Positions 35,193-50,500 of a stretch of DNA of 64,000 nucleotides are shown here, piece by piece (the stretch's first letter is position 1; every line of letters starts with the position of its first letter). The DNA is from Podarcis cretensis (lineage: Eukaryota). The stretch is taken from assembly GCA_951804945.1 (NCBI GenBank), contig OX638152.1:58404001-58468000 (forward strand), read 5' to 3'. The notes beneath the pieces are model-generated. The model made no database searches. It worked only from the letters and a program-made list of their open reading frames with translations, and was not told the DNA's origin. Both the position numbers and the translations under genes were made by a program.

Positions 35193-38100
35193 GTAAGTGA
35201 GAAGTGGTGCTACCTACTGCAACAGATAGTCTGTTATTTTGTGTTTAAAATTACATCCAGATTTTCATGTTTCTAACTAATAACTGAATTGAAATGGAGA
35301 ATAGAAATGATTTGTTTAATCTGTTTTGGTGTAGCATGTTTTAAAAAAACATTGAGATGTTTCTGTGGTGATGTTTTAGGGAAGAGGCATGCAACTGATT
35401 GAAAAGGTAAATGTTTTCAGGATTTTTTGTGGGGAGGCAGGAAATAGTTAATTGGAAATTGAATAGTATGTTCTTCCTCCAATGCAGAACTATTTTGTAC
35501 TGTCTGTCTAAATGCATAATAAGCTGTCTTTAGAAAGGAAAGAGACTCTAGTTAAACTGCTAGTTTTTTCTTTCCACTGACTACTTGCAACATACTTACT
35601 GACAGGACGACATCCTGAAATATCAGTCTGTCATGTTCTAATACAAAAAAGTTAGCACAAATTGGCACCCCATTTCAATAACAATTATTTTATTTTATTT
35701 TTTATAAAGTGGAACTTGTTGAATATGTTGACACTAATGCTGCAGAGAAAAGCAAGTACATAGTACAGGACATAACAAACCTGAAAGAGTGTTCATAAGT
35801 TTTGAATGAAGTTTCCAGTATAATAAAAATGTCATGAGCTAACAGAAAAATATTTTTCTCTGTTAGTCATACTTCCTTCAATTAGCTCATTTTCAGATTT
35901 TTCTTAGAACATGTTGTGTTGAAACAAATAGAGGAAACAATTACCTTTTAGTCAATAACATTAAGTTTACTTAAATTGCAGGGTAGACTTCTGTGTAGTA
36001 ATGTCTCACCTTTATTTTTCAGTTTATTTTAATTATACTTTTGAAGGAAATGACTTAATTGAGGCTGGTCTAGGTAAAGACTGTGTAAAATGTTCTGTCT
36101 CTAGTCTTAATCAGTTCTTTTCTCCTCCCTCCCCCCCTTGTTTGTATAGCCAGGGTTAATTGTTTTAGTGATGTTTTCAGTACTCCATTGTTTGAGACAC
36201 ATGGCAAAAGGTAGAAAGGACCTGCTTTTGTTCTATATTTTTCTAACACTTTTCAGAATAGTTCCTTCTTTTTTCCTACTAAATGCTCACAGAGTCCTTT
36301 CAGTAAAAATATAGATTGCTGTCTAAAAGGTAAAAAAATAAGCAGGAAATTTTTAATAAGAGGAGCAATTAAAAAATGGACTTTCAGATAAGCATGCATT
36401 TTAACAGCCTTGTTCCCTAGTAAATCAGGAAGAATGAGAACCCCACCTTGGCAATCATTCTTGTTCTAGTTAAGGTGTGTCCAATGAACACCTGGAAAAG
36501 GCTGCTTGCTAGTCTTAAGCAAACTGTTTGGAAGGCTTCACAATGTATTTGCCACTCATAAAAGATAGCATTATAAGTGAAAACTTCCTATGTTAGCAAT
36601 CTAAGAAACAGGTAATTTTATCCATGCTCCTTCCACATTCTTGCACTTAAAGGAAGCAAGACATGTTGTCACTCAAAATTACTTTATCTTGTTTGATCAC
36701 TGCACTTTGAAAAGTCTCTTTGTGTGATGTATGTACCTGTTCTGAAGTATTAAAAGTGAAGACAGAGTTAAATGCTCTCCAAAGTGGCCTTCTCTGATCC
36801 CTAATTTTTCTTTGAAGCATTGTATTTCTGTGGTGAATTTCAAATCCCACTTTGACCTCTGATGTAGTTGACAATGAGGAAGACTTAAAATGTGATTTTA
36901 ATTAATGAACAGCAGTTCTTTCATATTCCGCTTGCCAGGAAGACCCTCTGAAAATCTGCATGCTGGAGTGAATGAGTGAAAAGGAACTTATAAAAGAGCC
37001 ATTCTTTTAAAAATTGACTGGTTGGTGGTTGCTGGAAAAAGTGCCGCTAGAATTACAGTAATTGTAGTCATAAATAGATTGCCCAGTTTATTTGACCCAC
37101 ATATGTGTGTTCTGGGAACAGTTGAGAATCTATTATGTGAACAAAGTCAGATAACATTATTTGAGTACCTCTGAGGAAGTTCTGAACTCAAATGTTGTTT
37201 GAACATGTCCTCATTCACAAGAGCAATTAACTCACCCCTTCCTGCCTAATAATAATATGAGTGTTTCAAGCAATATAGATTCTTCTCTTGCATCTTTTCA
37301 TTGCTGGGGAAACCACTGCAATATAACTTGAAAGGATCTCTTTAGAAAATGAATATAGTTGGTGTATGGTGCTCATCTTCTACCAATGTCCTTATCATGA
37401 GTACCTTCATGTGGATTTGGTGCCACTGGGTTGCCAGTTGGTTTTGGAAGATTCCTTGGAAATTCAGATTAGATTATCTGCATTTACACCTATATGAATG
37501 AAATAGCATAACAGTTTTTCATAATATTTGGATCAGGGTTTTAGAACATCACTTCAAAATATCGCATTCTTTATACATCTGTTTTACAACACACAAAATA
37601 CACTATACTGTGCAGGACTGTGGGTGTTTAAAAGACAAAGTTGGTGGCTTATTTGTAATCACCAAAGGATCATAAGAACCAATTTAGTGTCAATAAATTA
37701 ACAGGGTAGGCCAAAGTGAGTCATGGCCTTAGCTGTACTAGGATAGGTGATGGTTGTCTTATCAATAGGCAAAATCTGTCTTATAACAATCAATAAATAG
37801 ATTTAGAGCTCAGAAGTCTACCAGCAATGTCCCTACTTTTCACCCATTCCTTAATGGGCAATTATGTATGCAATGAAAATAATTAAAAGTTTCTGGCTGT
37901 CATCTTTCATAATTCCACGTGCCATTCCAATTAATATACCATAACTATTTTCTGCCCATAAACGTCCCTCCTCCCAACTGTTGGCCATGACTAGTATGAG
38001 CAAGTTTCCATTTCTTCCTTCTGCAGGAGAAATGTAGACCCTATTTAATGTAGACCTCACCTCTGCACTATGATGTACAAAATTAATGGGGCACCAAGCA

Positions 38101-41100
38101 CCTTTGGGAATGCATTCATCTAACATGGTATGGCGGTAGCATACAAAGCAGGTGGAGCAAGCTGTTGGAAGTGGCTACAGACTTGCTGATTCTGTAAGCA
38201 AGTCATGTAATCCTAAAGTTGTAAAGTTACTGGTTTAGCAATATATTTTTCATTTTCTGTAAACTGCTTTAAAGATTTTATTTTTATACAACCTAGTGGT
38301 TTATAAATTTTTTGAAACAAAGTATTATAGAATGCGTATTGCAGTAGGGGAAAATGGGTAATGGTTTTGCTCTTCTGAGTTGCATGATATTTGCAAATTT
38401 TGAAACAGGCTACACATTAATCACACATTTATCTTCTTCTTAACTACCTGAGCAGATAGGATCCACCTTACTTAAGCTTTCTGGAATAATTCTTTGAAAA
38501 GTGATAAATATATAAGTATTGTGGTTGTAGTAGTTCAGCAATTGTCCTTCCTGATTGAATTCTAATAGGTAAAGACTTCACAATAGTTGAGCATTTCTAA
38601 GATGGTGCTGGTTGTTCCTTTTTAAAGAATGAGTTATTCTCAAGTGCTGACATAGTCCAAGATAGTTCACTTTCATCCTGTTGATTGAACTGAAATAAAA
38701 ATAGATGCCATCAGCTGTAAACTAGGCTACAGTCCTATTTACTTATCTGCCTTGTACCTTATACAGAATGGGCCTTACTTCTGAGTAAATCCAAGCCTAA
38801 GATTACAGTCATAAACATGCATCCCAGTAAGTTCTATCAGAATTCTCTTATTCTATTTTGGTTTAAAAGCACAGGGTTTTTAAGGCTTAATTTTACAATT
38901 TTCCAAGTAATTCAGATAATCCTCAAATATTTTAAGGTGGAGTTTTCCATATGGCAAGACCCTCAGATATACAGTCCTGGCACAGCTGCAGGAACCATTG
39001 TGTCCACTTGGATTTTTTAGAAGTTGGCAGGCAAAATAACGTTCCCTTAAGCACTTCCTGCACTAACTTTGTCCTCTCTCTCTCTCAAAAGCATTCACTA
39101 AGATTTAGACCCAACAACATGTGTAAGGCTAAATATCTTGTGCCCCAATTAAATCAAGTTACCGTACGTCAACTAGATTAATGTTTCTATTTGCTTCTTA
39201 AAATTATTGCATTTATGAATCACTTCCTGTGAAGCATCTCATAGTGATCCCCCCCCCCCCAATTCCCTTATAGTCTGAAATGCTTCACCACTTTCCATTA
39301 TGGCATTGCATTTGCCCACGATGAATGGAACACCATATGCATTATCTTGCCTTTTACTTTTTACAAGTTTAAAGACAGAGGACAGATGTGAGGAAATGCA
39401 TCCCTACCACAAGATCCCCTTCCCTGCTATAGTCTAAGTGGTAACAAAGGCATGCCTTTCCAAAGTTAGGTTAGTGACCTGGCATGACAGAAGTGATAAT
39501 GCCAAAGTTCCACATTAAAAGGAGGGGAATTTTGAGAGGCATTGGTGCTGCTGTTTGTCTGTGGGTGGGTGGAAAAACACCAGGGACTACCTATGTGCTT
39601 TCTGTTGAAGTTCGGAGTGCCCAAGCTCATTGATTTTACTGGGCTTGCATGTTGATAATTGTGCATTGGTTTTGACCATTAAGTATCCTATATCTTACTT
39701 AGGATGGGTTCACATGTTACATATTTAGGTCCTGATTCATAGCTTTGTTGTGCTGCACAAGATGTCTCTGTGCTGGTACACTTGTAGACCCAGAAAATAT
39801 CAGTCATGTGTGGATTCTAGGGATCACAGAGTTGTGTAGCAGTAATGCTGCTGTGGCTCGGATAATTCATTTATAGCTCTTGCAGGAAATGCAGATCATA
39901 GCACCTTATTTTATCCAGCTAGGAATTGAGAAGCTCTGGTTCTGTGGTGGCAGATTTAGCTTTTAGGTATGCTAGGAGTAAGATGTATGGCAGCATGGAA
40001 AAATCGTTTTACTTACATTGGTATGTTTCTCTCTTTTTATGTCCAGTAAAAGTAACTATACTTGTCTGAAATAACTTTTTGCATAATGTGTGTCTCTATT
40101 TAAAGAATTCATAATGCATCTGTAACAGGTATGTGCAAAAAATGTAGTGTGTGCCCCTTAATTTTAGGTACTGTACAAAGGTATTACGTAGCAATTCTAT
40201 TAAAAATATTTGGAATAACTGACTAAACAAATAAACTATCCAGTAAATATAATTTATCAAAACTTACCTGAGCTAGACCTTCCCTAGCCCAGATGTAGTT
40301 GTGTTGTTTTCATTAGAGATGTATTAGATATGAGAAAGTTACTCTAATAGCCCATAGAATTCAATCCTAAAGATTTTTATTAAGAATTATGATACACTGG
40401 ACTTAGTAAGAATTACTTCTGAGTAAGCACACATTCAGTTGGTGTGCTAAAATAACTGTATTACTAGTATTCACTGCAAGTGAAATGGAATCCATGCTGA
40501 TGATCCTTTTAAAATTCCAGTTATTTGCTGTACTGTATATTTTATTATCTTTTCTCCAGTGGGAAATACAACAATAATTCAGTGTGTTTCTGGGATCTTT
40601 TATTGCCAGATTTCATTTTGTACAGTGACAATTATTCTGTATTCCTAATGCCAGTCTCAGTAGCCCCAGGCAAGTGCTAGTCACATATTAAGTTTGACAA
40701 GCAAGTTGTGTTGCTTTTAATTTCCTCTGGTTTTCGTGTCATTTTTCCTGAACTGTAATAAGGACAAATTCATCTCAGGATATGTAGCTCTTTGATATGG
40801 GGCTATCATACTTTGAAGATGCCTACTAAAGAAGGGGAAAAGAACATTCAATGGGCATTGGTTGTCACTGTGTTTTTAAAACAAAAGCAGTTTAAAGCTG
40901 TGTTTCCACTGGCTTCAAACACAGCCAGGATTTCAGTTCTAGCATAGATATGTTTATAGCTCCACTTTAGAACACTGTTTGAGTTTTAAAGATATTATAG
41001 TAGTCTGGCTGTTTATAACAGTCCCCATTGTCTATCACTTATACTGTAGCTGAGTTTTTCAGAAGCTCTTGCACTGCCTGGAATTTTTTAAAATTTCTTA

Positions 41101-42703
41101 AGGATGCAGAAAACACATTATGTTCTAGTGAACACAAAAAAAATATTGGTTTAGACGTGGGTTCAATGGGCTTGACAAACTGCACAATTGCTGTATAGTG
41201 GTGATTTTTTCAGAGGAATTATTCAGTATAGCTAATACCAAACACAACAGTTGTAAATTGATGCTCAATTAAGACATGAGGGGTGAGGTGAAGTCAAAAG
41301 CTTCACATAAGAAATGAGTTTTTAAGGAAGGTTTACAGAGATGGCACAACATGGGTATTCTGGGAGGATAGTGCAGGTGAGAGGTGCATCAAGAATGAAT
41401 TCATTTTTAATTGTCCTACATTTATCAGCTTACTTTCTAATATTGCTGCTTATATTTGGAATCCAAGATGATTTACCTTGGGAATGGTTACTGTATAGGT
41501 GTCTCCAGCAGCTTAGTGCTTTTTCATTTTCTGAATCCTCCCAAAACCCATCATGATTCTATCAACATTTCCTCAGATTTGTTCCCATTTTCCTTTCAGG
41601 TCCCCCCATCCACTTGTACATAAACAATGAAATTTCTGCTGCTTTTGAGATTCCCTTTCTGTGTAGCATTCCTGTGAAGACATCCTTCTTAATGAACAAG
41701 AGACAGGAAGCCGTTGACTCCTTAGATTCTAGTTCTGAATATACTTGCTATTCTCTCTCTCTTTGGAATGCTCAGATCTGCTTGCCTGGAGGTTCTTGGT
41801 GGTCTCTACCATAGAAAGGTGGAGCAGACTTCTGTCTTCTTTCTCACATGGGCTGTAATGTAGGCTCTACCCTGAATTTTTCTCTCTCTCTACTTCCTTT
41901 GAACATGGTGAATGTGAGGACTGGTAGTTTGAAAGCATCCCCACATGATGATCTGTCTATGTGTGCAAAGCTACCACACTGAAGAGGACTACACCACATG
42001 CCTGTTTTTCTGTGTTTTGACTCTTTACCCTTTCCATTTTTTTAGTCTATAGGCCATCTGCTTGTAATTTCTACCACTTGTGCCTTCAAATAGTGATGTG
42101 TTTTTCCTTCTGCATCCTTTTCTGTTTATTATTAGGTGATGTAGCTTTCAGAAGTGGTTTATCAGTGTTTGTGTGTTGTGTATTAGAAGGTACACATGCA
42201 GTTAACTGTGTAATAATAATTCTGGCGTGGCTTGTGTGCAGTTTGGTTTTGCTCCACTTTCGGCCATCTTTCTTGCACTTAAATTTCAGTGGTATGTGTG
42301 CCAGTTTTAAGTGGTAAGTGGGTCTCCTACTTTGACTTCTCACGATTCCTGTCTGTAACTTTGGCCAAAAATCTCTAAACTGATTACATGTTGAACAGGC
42401 ATTGTAAAATGAGTCAGTTCCTGTTCTTTTGGCTGGAGCTTCGTTGGGAGTTCTCAAAAATGGTATTTCAGAATGTGGATGTGGTCAGCCGAGTCACTTT
42501 CAAAGCATCTTAAAGGAAACCAACATCAACTGTGAAAAGTGAACTTTGTAACGGTACTGGTATACTCTAGAATGCCTTCTCAATCACAAGGTGCACTGCA
42601 AGTCTGTCTTGCTTGGGCTAAGCCTTCCATAGTATGAAACAGGTTGCTTCTCAGTCCTAATCATTTCAAAGTTGTCGGCAAAAACAAATAAGAATAAGAT
42701 AAC

Positions 42704-42767
42704 AGCCAATGTGGTGTAGTGGTTAAAATGTTGGACTAGGAGCAGGGAGACAAGGGTTCAAATCCCC
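42704..42767 (+). mobile_element. SINE tRNA-like head fragment
   Basis: gccaatgtggtgtagtggttaaaatgttggactagg...gggttcaaatccc carries A and B boxes but no complete cloverleaf. Confidence 0.65.
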
Positions 42768-45700
42768 TAATCAGGGCTGCCAGACATCCCCATTTGGCTC
42801 ACCATGCCATTCTTGCCAAACCACAGCCACCTGCCCAGACCCTTTTACAGTAGGAGTTAGATTGTATGTACACCTGCAGAAGGTATATTTCCTGCACATA
42901 ACTAAGAAGTTTTTTCTATTTCCCGGAAAGGAGTCTGTCTACTAAGTGAAAGCAAAGAATTAGATGTCAAAGCATACAGCAAATGTACAAGTACATTCCT
43001 GTAAGAATGTAAACAGATGTACATTACTCATGAAGAAGTAAAACTTCCTAAGCAGATGGCAGGAAGTAGTTATGATGGCAAAGTTCTTTCTTGGTAAAGT
43101 GAATGCTTAGATCCACCAGTGGAAACTACTGCACTCATTCATTGAAGAAAACATGTTCAAATGTAAGTGGAGGTGCCAGCAACAATGACCAAAATGTGAT
43201 CCCTCAAAACAAGTTCTTATTTGCCCTTTCTGGGCTAGCTCTAGTACATTTGAAGAGCCCATTTAATTGCAGCACAGGAGAAGTAGAAGATTTCCTGCAT
43301 ACTGTGAAGTAGTCTCCCTTAAAAGGGAGCACAAGACACCTGAACAGAAACCACCAGATTCCATAGAGAGAGAAGTTCCTGTAGCAGGTAAAGCCACTGT
43401 ACACTGAGCAGAAACAGTTTTGTGCTGCAGCTAACTGTGGAGATTGCAGAAGCAGAAGCCATTTGGGTCCTTCTGACCACAGCAGTTCCTTCTCTCCCTT
43501 GTCTCTTCCTTTTGTGAGCTATCTTTATAGGGAGGCTGAGATGTAGTGCTGTCTTCTAATGCCAAGGTTAGAGAGGTGTCCCAGATCCTAACACTAATCT
43601 GTGCGCTCACCTGCCCAAAGATGGCTACTGGTGGATTTGAAGGCAGAGTAAGTTAAGGAGGCCCAGTTTGAAAAGTTTTGAGTACACTGATAATATCCCT
43701 TTAGACAAAGCATGCTAAGTTTTACTACAGTTTTACATAAGAGGAATCCAGAGTGCTTTGATTTCCAATATAATCTATAGCCCACTCTCTTGCAGGCTGC
43801 TATTAGAGTGTGAACTGCTCTTGTGTTCCTATTGGTCAGTGTGTTTGTTAGTGGAGAGCTCGGGAAAATACTAATTCCACACATTGATTCTAACCTCTTT
43901 ATTACTGCAACTGTGCTGCTGAGCTTGGCTTGAGGAAAGGTTGAAATTGGGACATCACCATTGGCTATGAATTCATGTTCTCAAGCCTTTTTGATGCTGC
44001 AGCCAACTGTCAACTCAATGTTTTTGCTTCCCCCCTTTATCTCCTTCTACCTTTTATTATTCCTATTCTTGGGTTAGTCTTCTTCCTTCTGCTTCATTCA
44101 CTTCAAATGCCATTTTCCCAGTAATTTCTTTGTAGCTGTTTTTTAAATCACTGTTTTTTCAGTCCTTGTAATGCTGCATCTCTAGGCATCTTCTTCCCTC
44201 CTCCATCCCCATACTGTGTGGGCTTGCTGAAATTTCTTACACCTACCAGGTCATCTTTCAGCAAATACTGTTTCTACCATCTTTGAAAATTATTCTTAAC
44301 AGTGTTAGGAAAATTTCACTGCTCGTGCCAAAAGCCTCAACATTGTCTTCTAAATTCAACCCACATATTGAACTTATCCCGTGATACATTCTGCCTCTGT
44401 CAATATCTCTACACCTTTCCACATGCCCCCCCCCCCAATGTGTTCTGCTTATGTGGTGAATCTATTTGAGGTTTCTGTCCTCCGTTGTTCCTGTCTTCAG
44501 GATTTCTCATTGGCTTGAGCTCCTTTTGTTTTCTATGACTATAGAGAGCAAGCATACAGATTGTAATGGCTATTGGAAATGTTATTCTCCTGTTTCTGCA
44601 TCCCCATATAATTACATGAATTATTTTTTCCTTTCATCAATAATTTCCTAGCCATAGAATAATGAGAAGTTAATGGGAATAAGTCTAAACTTTTTTACCA
44701 TCCGCCTGAGAGGGAAACATTCAATAGGCAGCGAGTGTTTTGTATATTTCAATAAAATACAAAATGTGCATGACTTCATCATTTGAGTTTGCTTTGCTTA
44801 GTGACTGCTAATTTGGGGGCTTGGCATTAATATTGCCTTGCTACTGTACACTACTTCTTTACTATATCTCTGGAGACTTTATTGATAGTTTCATGGTAGC
44901 AGCCACCAAAATTGATACAGACTCAGTGCTGTGCAGGATGCAGTTGCTGGTCATCTTTAGAAATGAAGTTAGCCCTTTTCAGATAAAAAATTGAGGATAT
45001 CCATTCACATAGATGGAAGGGAGTGGGATCACAAGTTTTGTCCCTGACCCTGTTCATTCAAGATCATCATCATTTATTTATATGCTGTCTTTCCACAGTA
45101 AACCATGCTCAAGGTGTCTCACAGCATCAAAATGTTTCGCATAAATCAGTAGCTTTTACAGTACATAAAAATCAAATAGTCATATAAGCAATGAACTAAT
45201 GAAAACATTTCATATTAACAAATATACAATAAAATCAAACAATTCAAGAGTAACCCAGATTAGCAGCAAAAACAAACCAATCTTTTGCTGACTCTTCTTT
45301 TCTGTGGCTATCTCTTACGGCTTTGATTGGTTACTGTTTATGAAAATTAATAAAAAATATTTAGAAAAACCAGAATGAAATCCAAAATGAAAACTTGCCC
45401 TAGCAAGAATTCTAGAGCAGTAGCCCACCCCAATGGTCTGTAGATATCATGAGCAACAGAAGCAGACCTTGTAAGTGGGGGCAGTCAAAGCCCCACGTGG
45501 AGATGGGCTAGAGGAGCAAGGAGCCTGTCTTGCAGGACTCACAGTGAGGTATCTCCTATGCATATACCAGAATGCATGTATGATCTCCAGATGATTGGGA
45601 ATGCTGAAAAACAGAATCTAATCAGAACTTGAACAAATGTGCATAGGTCATGGTTGGAGCCTACCACCATTATGCTGCTCTCAGCATTCTCTTTCCACCT

Positions 45701-46276
45701 GTGTATGATCATATCCCTAGCTTTGTTGTTAGAAAAGGGCTCCTGTATCACACTAATGAACAGCTTTTATTGACCCCTCCTGCTGGAAAACCTAAACAGT
45801 TAAAAACCCTCAGGTCTCTGGTTCATCCTTGTATTTATTTGACTCTAGTTTTATTAATCATAGCTGGAAACCAGTCTCTAGTAATACACAAAGAAGGTCT
45901 CCTAGGCAAGCTTTGAGATAAAACTATCTACCTCAAACCTGCACTTTTCCCACAGTTGCATCAAATTTACAGATTTCCTTTTAGCAGTGAGAGGCATTTA
46001 GATATTGATATTGCTGTATACTCTAGTCAGCTTTTAAAATGCCTGCAGCAAATGAGGATTACCTTGTCAATATATGTATTCTGTTGCCATTGGAAAATTG
46101 ATAGGCTGAGAGCTAAATATTTATTTAGGTAACCTTAACAAGATTAGAATATTTATCAACAATCTTCTTAAAAACTGACAGTCTTTATTTATCTAGCTTA
46201 CAAAATTTTTGGAACCTGTCGCTTACTGCCTTTATGCATTGGGGTTATTAAGAAATAAACTTTTACACAACTTTCC

Positions 46277-46415
46277 AAAGACATCTGAAGGCTGTCCTGT
46301 ATCAGGAAGTTTTTTTTAATGTATGATGTTTTGCTGTGTTATGTTGGAAACTGCCCAGAGCGGCTGGGGAAACCCAGTCAGATGAGTGGGGTATCAGTAA
46401 TAAATTATTATATTA
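46277..46415 (+). mobile_element. L2 LINE 3' tail
   Basis: agacatctgaaggctgtcctgtatcaggaagtttttt...ctgcccagagcggctggggaaacccagtcagatg...aataaattatta hairpin-type L2 3' end. Confidence 0.6.
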
Positions 46416-47301
46416 CTATTATTCTGAACCCAGGAAGCAGAATGCTAAAGGAAAAAAGGCAGGTGAGGTTTAAGAGGAGGGTAGGGAAATGGAGTTTTTG
46501 ATGATACCATGTCTGCTAAATTCTGCAAGGGGGAAAATTTAGCTTACAGTAAACTGAAAGCTAAGGAGCATCGCAAGGAAATTTCTCAAGTTTTTAGAAG
46601 TGAGAAGTGGACTGTACTCACAAGATGCTTTAGGAATTCTCAAAGTACTCCCTGATCTGTTGTAATGATAAATTACTGTGCTTGCTAATGTTATTAAACT
46701 GGGTGCATCTTGGAATGATCCTGACTCTGAGATGGCTTCTAGGAGAATTGTAGTTGGTTGCTTAACCTTTTCAAGCTACCCATCAATTGCAAGTATTGGA
46801 TAAATCTGTGGGAATGTTAGCTCCTCTCCCACAAGGAATCTTGATGTGACTCTAAGATCCTGTGAAGGAAACGTTGCCCTGGTTGGTAAGTTTGGCAGAG
46901 ATGTTAAAGGTTTGCCTGGGGCTCATAAAGTCATTGGCAATTGCGATTTGGAGTTACTGCTGCTCAACCATGTTCTCACACTGGACCACACCTTTATGTC
47001 ATCACTCCTGTTTTATTTACTATGTTTTATTTACTGTTGTAATCTTTTCTGGAGTCAGCACCTTTCTCTTGTCTATCAAGAAGCTTTCACCAGTTTAAAA
47101 AGCAAGATTTTCTTTTTCTTTTTTTGGCAGAATACTAGATTAAGTTCCTCAGTGACATTCCTATCTATTCAGCTCACAGAGTTTTAAATGAACCCATAGT
47201 TTCAGAGGATCAAGCATATAATGCCCTTACTTGGCTTATCTTTGCATGTTAGCAATGTACTCTGGGTGGAGGAGCAGTAGTAAAATGATGAATGACTTGC
47301 T

Positions 47302-47306
<5 letters not shown>

Positions 47307-47356
<50 letters not shown>
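47307..47356. repeat. (CT)n microsatellite
   Basis: Direct reading. Confidence 0.97.
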
Positions 47357-47358
<2 letters not shown>

Positions 47359-47521
47359 TTCTTTACCATATAACACAGAAAGTTGCACACCTACTCCAAG
47401 AGAAGATACCTGTGTCCCAGATGTGGGGAGCAGGGGTACCAACTTAGATAGCCCCATCCCGCATTAGCACAAGACACAGCACATGCATACCATTGGAATG
47501 GCAATGCCCCTTAACTTGGGG

Positions 47522-47543
47522 GGTGGTGGTGGTGGTGGTGGTG
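47522..47543. repeat. (GGT)n microsatellite
   Basis: Direct reading. Confidence 0.9.
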
Positions 47544-50500
47544 AAGGGACCTTGGTCCCTAGAAGTTGGCACCTATAGTGGGGACAGTTCACACAAATGT
47601 CCATTCTGATAAGGTTGGCTGCATACATTACAGCCTGGAGGAGGATGGAGGAACAGGGCATATGAGCACCTTCTGTTTCTTGCATTTTCAGCAGAAATAC
47701 AATGTGCAAAAGAACTATGGAGAGACATGGAATGTAAGCCATTTTTTTGTAAACAGCTTTGTGCTTTTTTTGTTCTACAATCAAGCAGTATATAAATATT
47801 ATGAAATTATATCTTACCTGATAGGCTGTGGTACTGAAGTCTTGAAAATCTTGTCTATGGAAGGGACTCATAAGATGTAGGGTGATTTTTATGAAATTGG
47901 TCATCTTTCAGAAATGCTCAGTGCCTCGAGCTCTTACAGTCTAATGCATACTTTCCAAACTAGGCAAGCAGCTGCGTCTGGTACATGCTTTATATATTTT
48001 CAGCCACCCATAGCCAATGAGGTGCAAGGATGCGTTGGAAAAATAAGTATCCAAATTTGCCGCCTTCATCTTTTCTGCAGCTCTCACAGCAACATACCTG
48101 GCTCTTAGAGAGCCTTAGAAATGCAGTGCTGATATCTAGCATTAAAGCAGCAATGTCACACATATATTAATAGAAAATGGAAATACATTGAGACAGAAAG
48201 TTTTGTCTTTCCCTAGACTGTGCCCCATGGATTTTCAGGATATTGGATATATTAGGGGTGGGAAGTGGTGAGCTGCAGCATGTTGTACCACATCTATATA
48301 TTATATATTGTATTTACAGTGTTCAACTGATGTAATAGGTCATTGGTTAAGGCTGCTGCTGTTTGTCCACTACTGCCAGACAAAATGAGTTTTCATCAAC
48401 AGAAAAAAGTAGCATGCTGCACGGTCTTGACGTATTTGTGATCTGTAGTGGAGCTGCAAGAAGCCCAGATACCTGATGCTCAGGAATTTGATGCCATGTT
48501 GAGTTCTCTGTAAAGTTAATTCCTAAAAATTTTATGTTGGTGCCTAAGGAATCTGAAATATTTTGTCAAGCTTGCTTGCAAGTATCGTTTACAAACCTCC
48601 AGGGAACCTCCTATTGATAACCAAGGATAAAGGTAGCTACTTAATTACGTTTATCAGCAATTAAAACTAGTTTGAGTCTGTCTTTATGGGCATACCAGTG
48701 GTTTTGCCTTTGGGAACTCGCTCTAGAGCATTGTGCCAGCCACCCACCTCTTCAGGCCTGCTCATACTAGTATTATCTGGCAGAGTGATTAAAAGTGCCT
48801 TGGACAGGAATTTCCCTGGCTACATTTAGTTCAATCTGAAACTTATTTTATGGAGCACTTTATTAATTAGTGTGAGTCAAGTGACCATCAGCTGTTAGGA
48901 GTGTGTATGACCAATACAGTCACAGGGTTTCAGCTGTTCAAGAGCTGGAATCATTACAAAAATCATAGATCCTTTCTTAAGGGTATGTAGGCTCTTAGTT
49001 CAGTATGTAACAGTAGCAAATCAAGTTTGCAAGAATGTGCCTTAATTAGGCACCCAGGTTTCAACTGGTAGCTCACATCTGTGATAACACAAAGTTGTAC
49101 AAAAATGTCGTCTTGTTTTGGAAGGGGTGGGGGGAAAAGCTACATCTATGATTCATGCAATCTGCACCCTCCTACTGGTCTAGATGAGTGTTGTGTTGTG
49201 CATTTTCCACACACTAATCTGTTTAGCTGAATTCCTGAACTAAGAAACAAAATTTCCTGAATATTGCATAATGCAAGTATAAAAGGAGTTAATGCTTCAT
49301 GTGTGTTTCTTCATCTAAGTAACATACCCTTACTCTTGCCAAGTGCATGTAGAGGAACAAGGTGTGGAGTTTGCACATGTGCCTGGCTGTGCACAATGAA
49401 AACAAAGAGTGGGTGGGTTCATGTCCCCCTCCCTCAGCTGCAGGGTAAGCACGTAGCTGCAATACCTGGCGTGGGAAGGGAGAAACCTCCATGTCCCCAG
49501 TCGGCAGCAGGACCCCAGGGTTTACTGGCCACTGGGTGTTGCAGCCTTCCATTTATAAGCTCCCCCGTCAACATTACCTTCTTCCTTACAACAATAAAAT
49601 CATTACTGAAGCCAAGATGACGAATAAACAAAGAATAGAGAGGTGGGCAGAATCTCAGAGATTTGATACATTTCTTGCCTTTAGCGTATCTCTGGTACAT
49701 TGTGAATCCAGCTGTCTTTTAGGGAAGAGAAAAAACCCACAGTTTATTTGTATATATACCTTTTTAATGTTTGCAAAACCTAATATTTACCCTTTGCTTC
49801 ACACTTGAGGCTGAATTACAAATAAAATCTGGGTGGCAGCTTGTTTGAAATCTGGCAGGTGGCAACCATATACTCTTGCTTAGCTGACCTATGTAATGAA
49901 AGCTTGTGTAACGTAATGGCTAAGGGAACAGCTAGATATGATGCTGGGAGTGCAGTAATAACCAGGGTCATATCTAGTTGGGACTAGAGGGTAATGGGGG
50001 TGCTAATCATATCTTCCTAGGGGAGATTTTATTTGGAAAACCCTTATGTGGCAAAACATACAGGTGCCCTTGGGACAAATAGCAGCTTGGGAAACGGTGG
50101 GGAATTAATGTGCCCCATTCACCCAGCACTGTAGTTCCCCCGGATGCTGTTCAACTTACTTTAAAAAAAAAACAGGTGACTTAATTATCATTTGCTCCAA
50201 TACCACATTTAGCTCCAGATGTGAGCTGAGAGGTTCCCATTTCAAATGTTACCCCAGCCACAAACTCACTAACTGCCCTTGGGCTCACTGTTATTTTTGC
50301 CTCTGGTCCCAGTCTATATAATATGCGGGCAGTAAGTGACCTGCTTCACAGGGTTGTTGTAATGTATGTGAAGTTCTGTAAGACTTCTAAGGTGTTTGCC
50401 ATTCATAGTGATTGCAAGCTTTGCTAGAGGTCCAAAGTATATAAGTACAGCTCATATACAAGCAGTGGCTTGTCCACTTCATAGTTTGGGGGGGGGGGGA

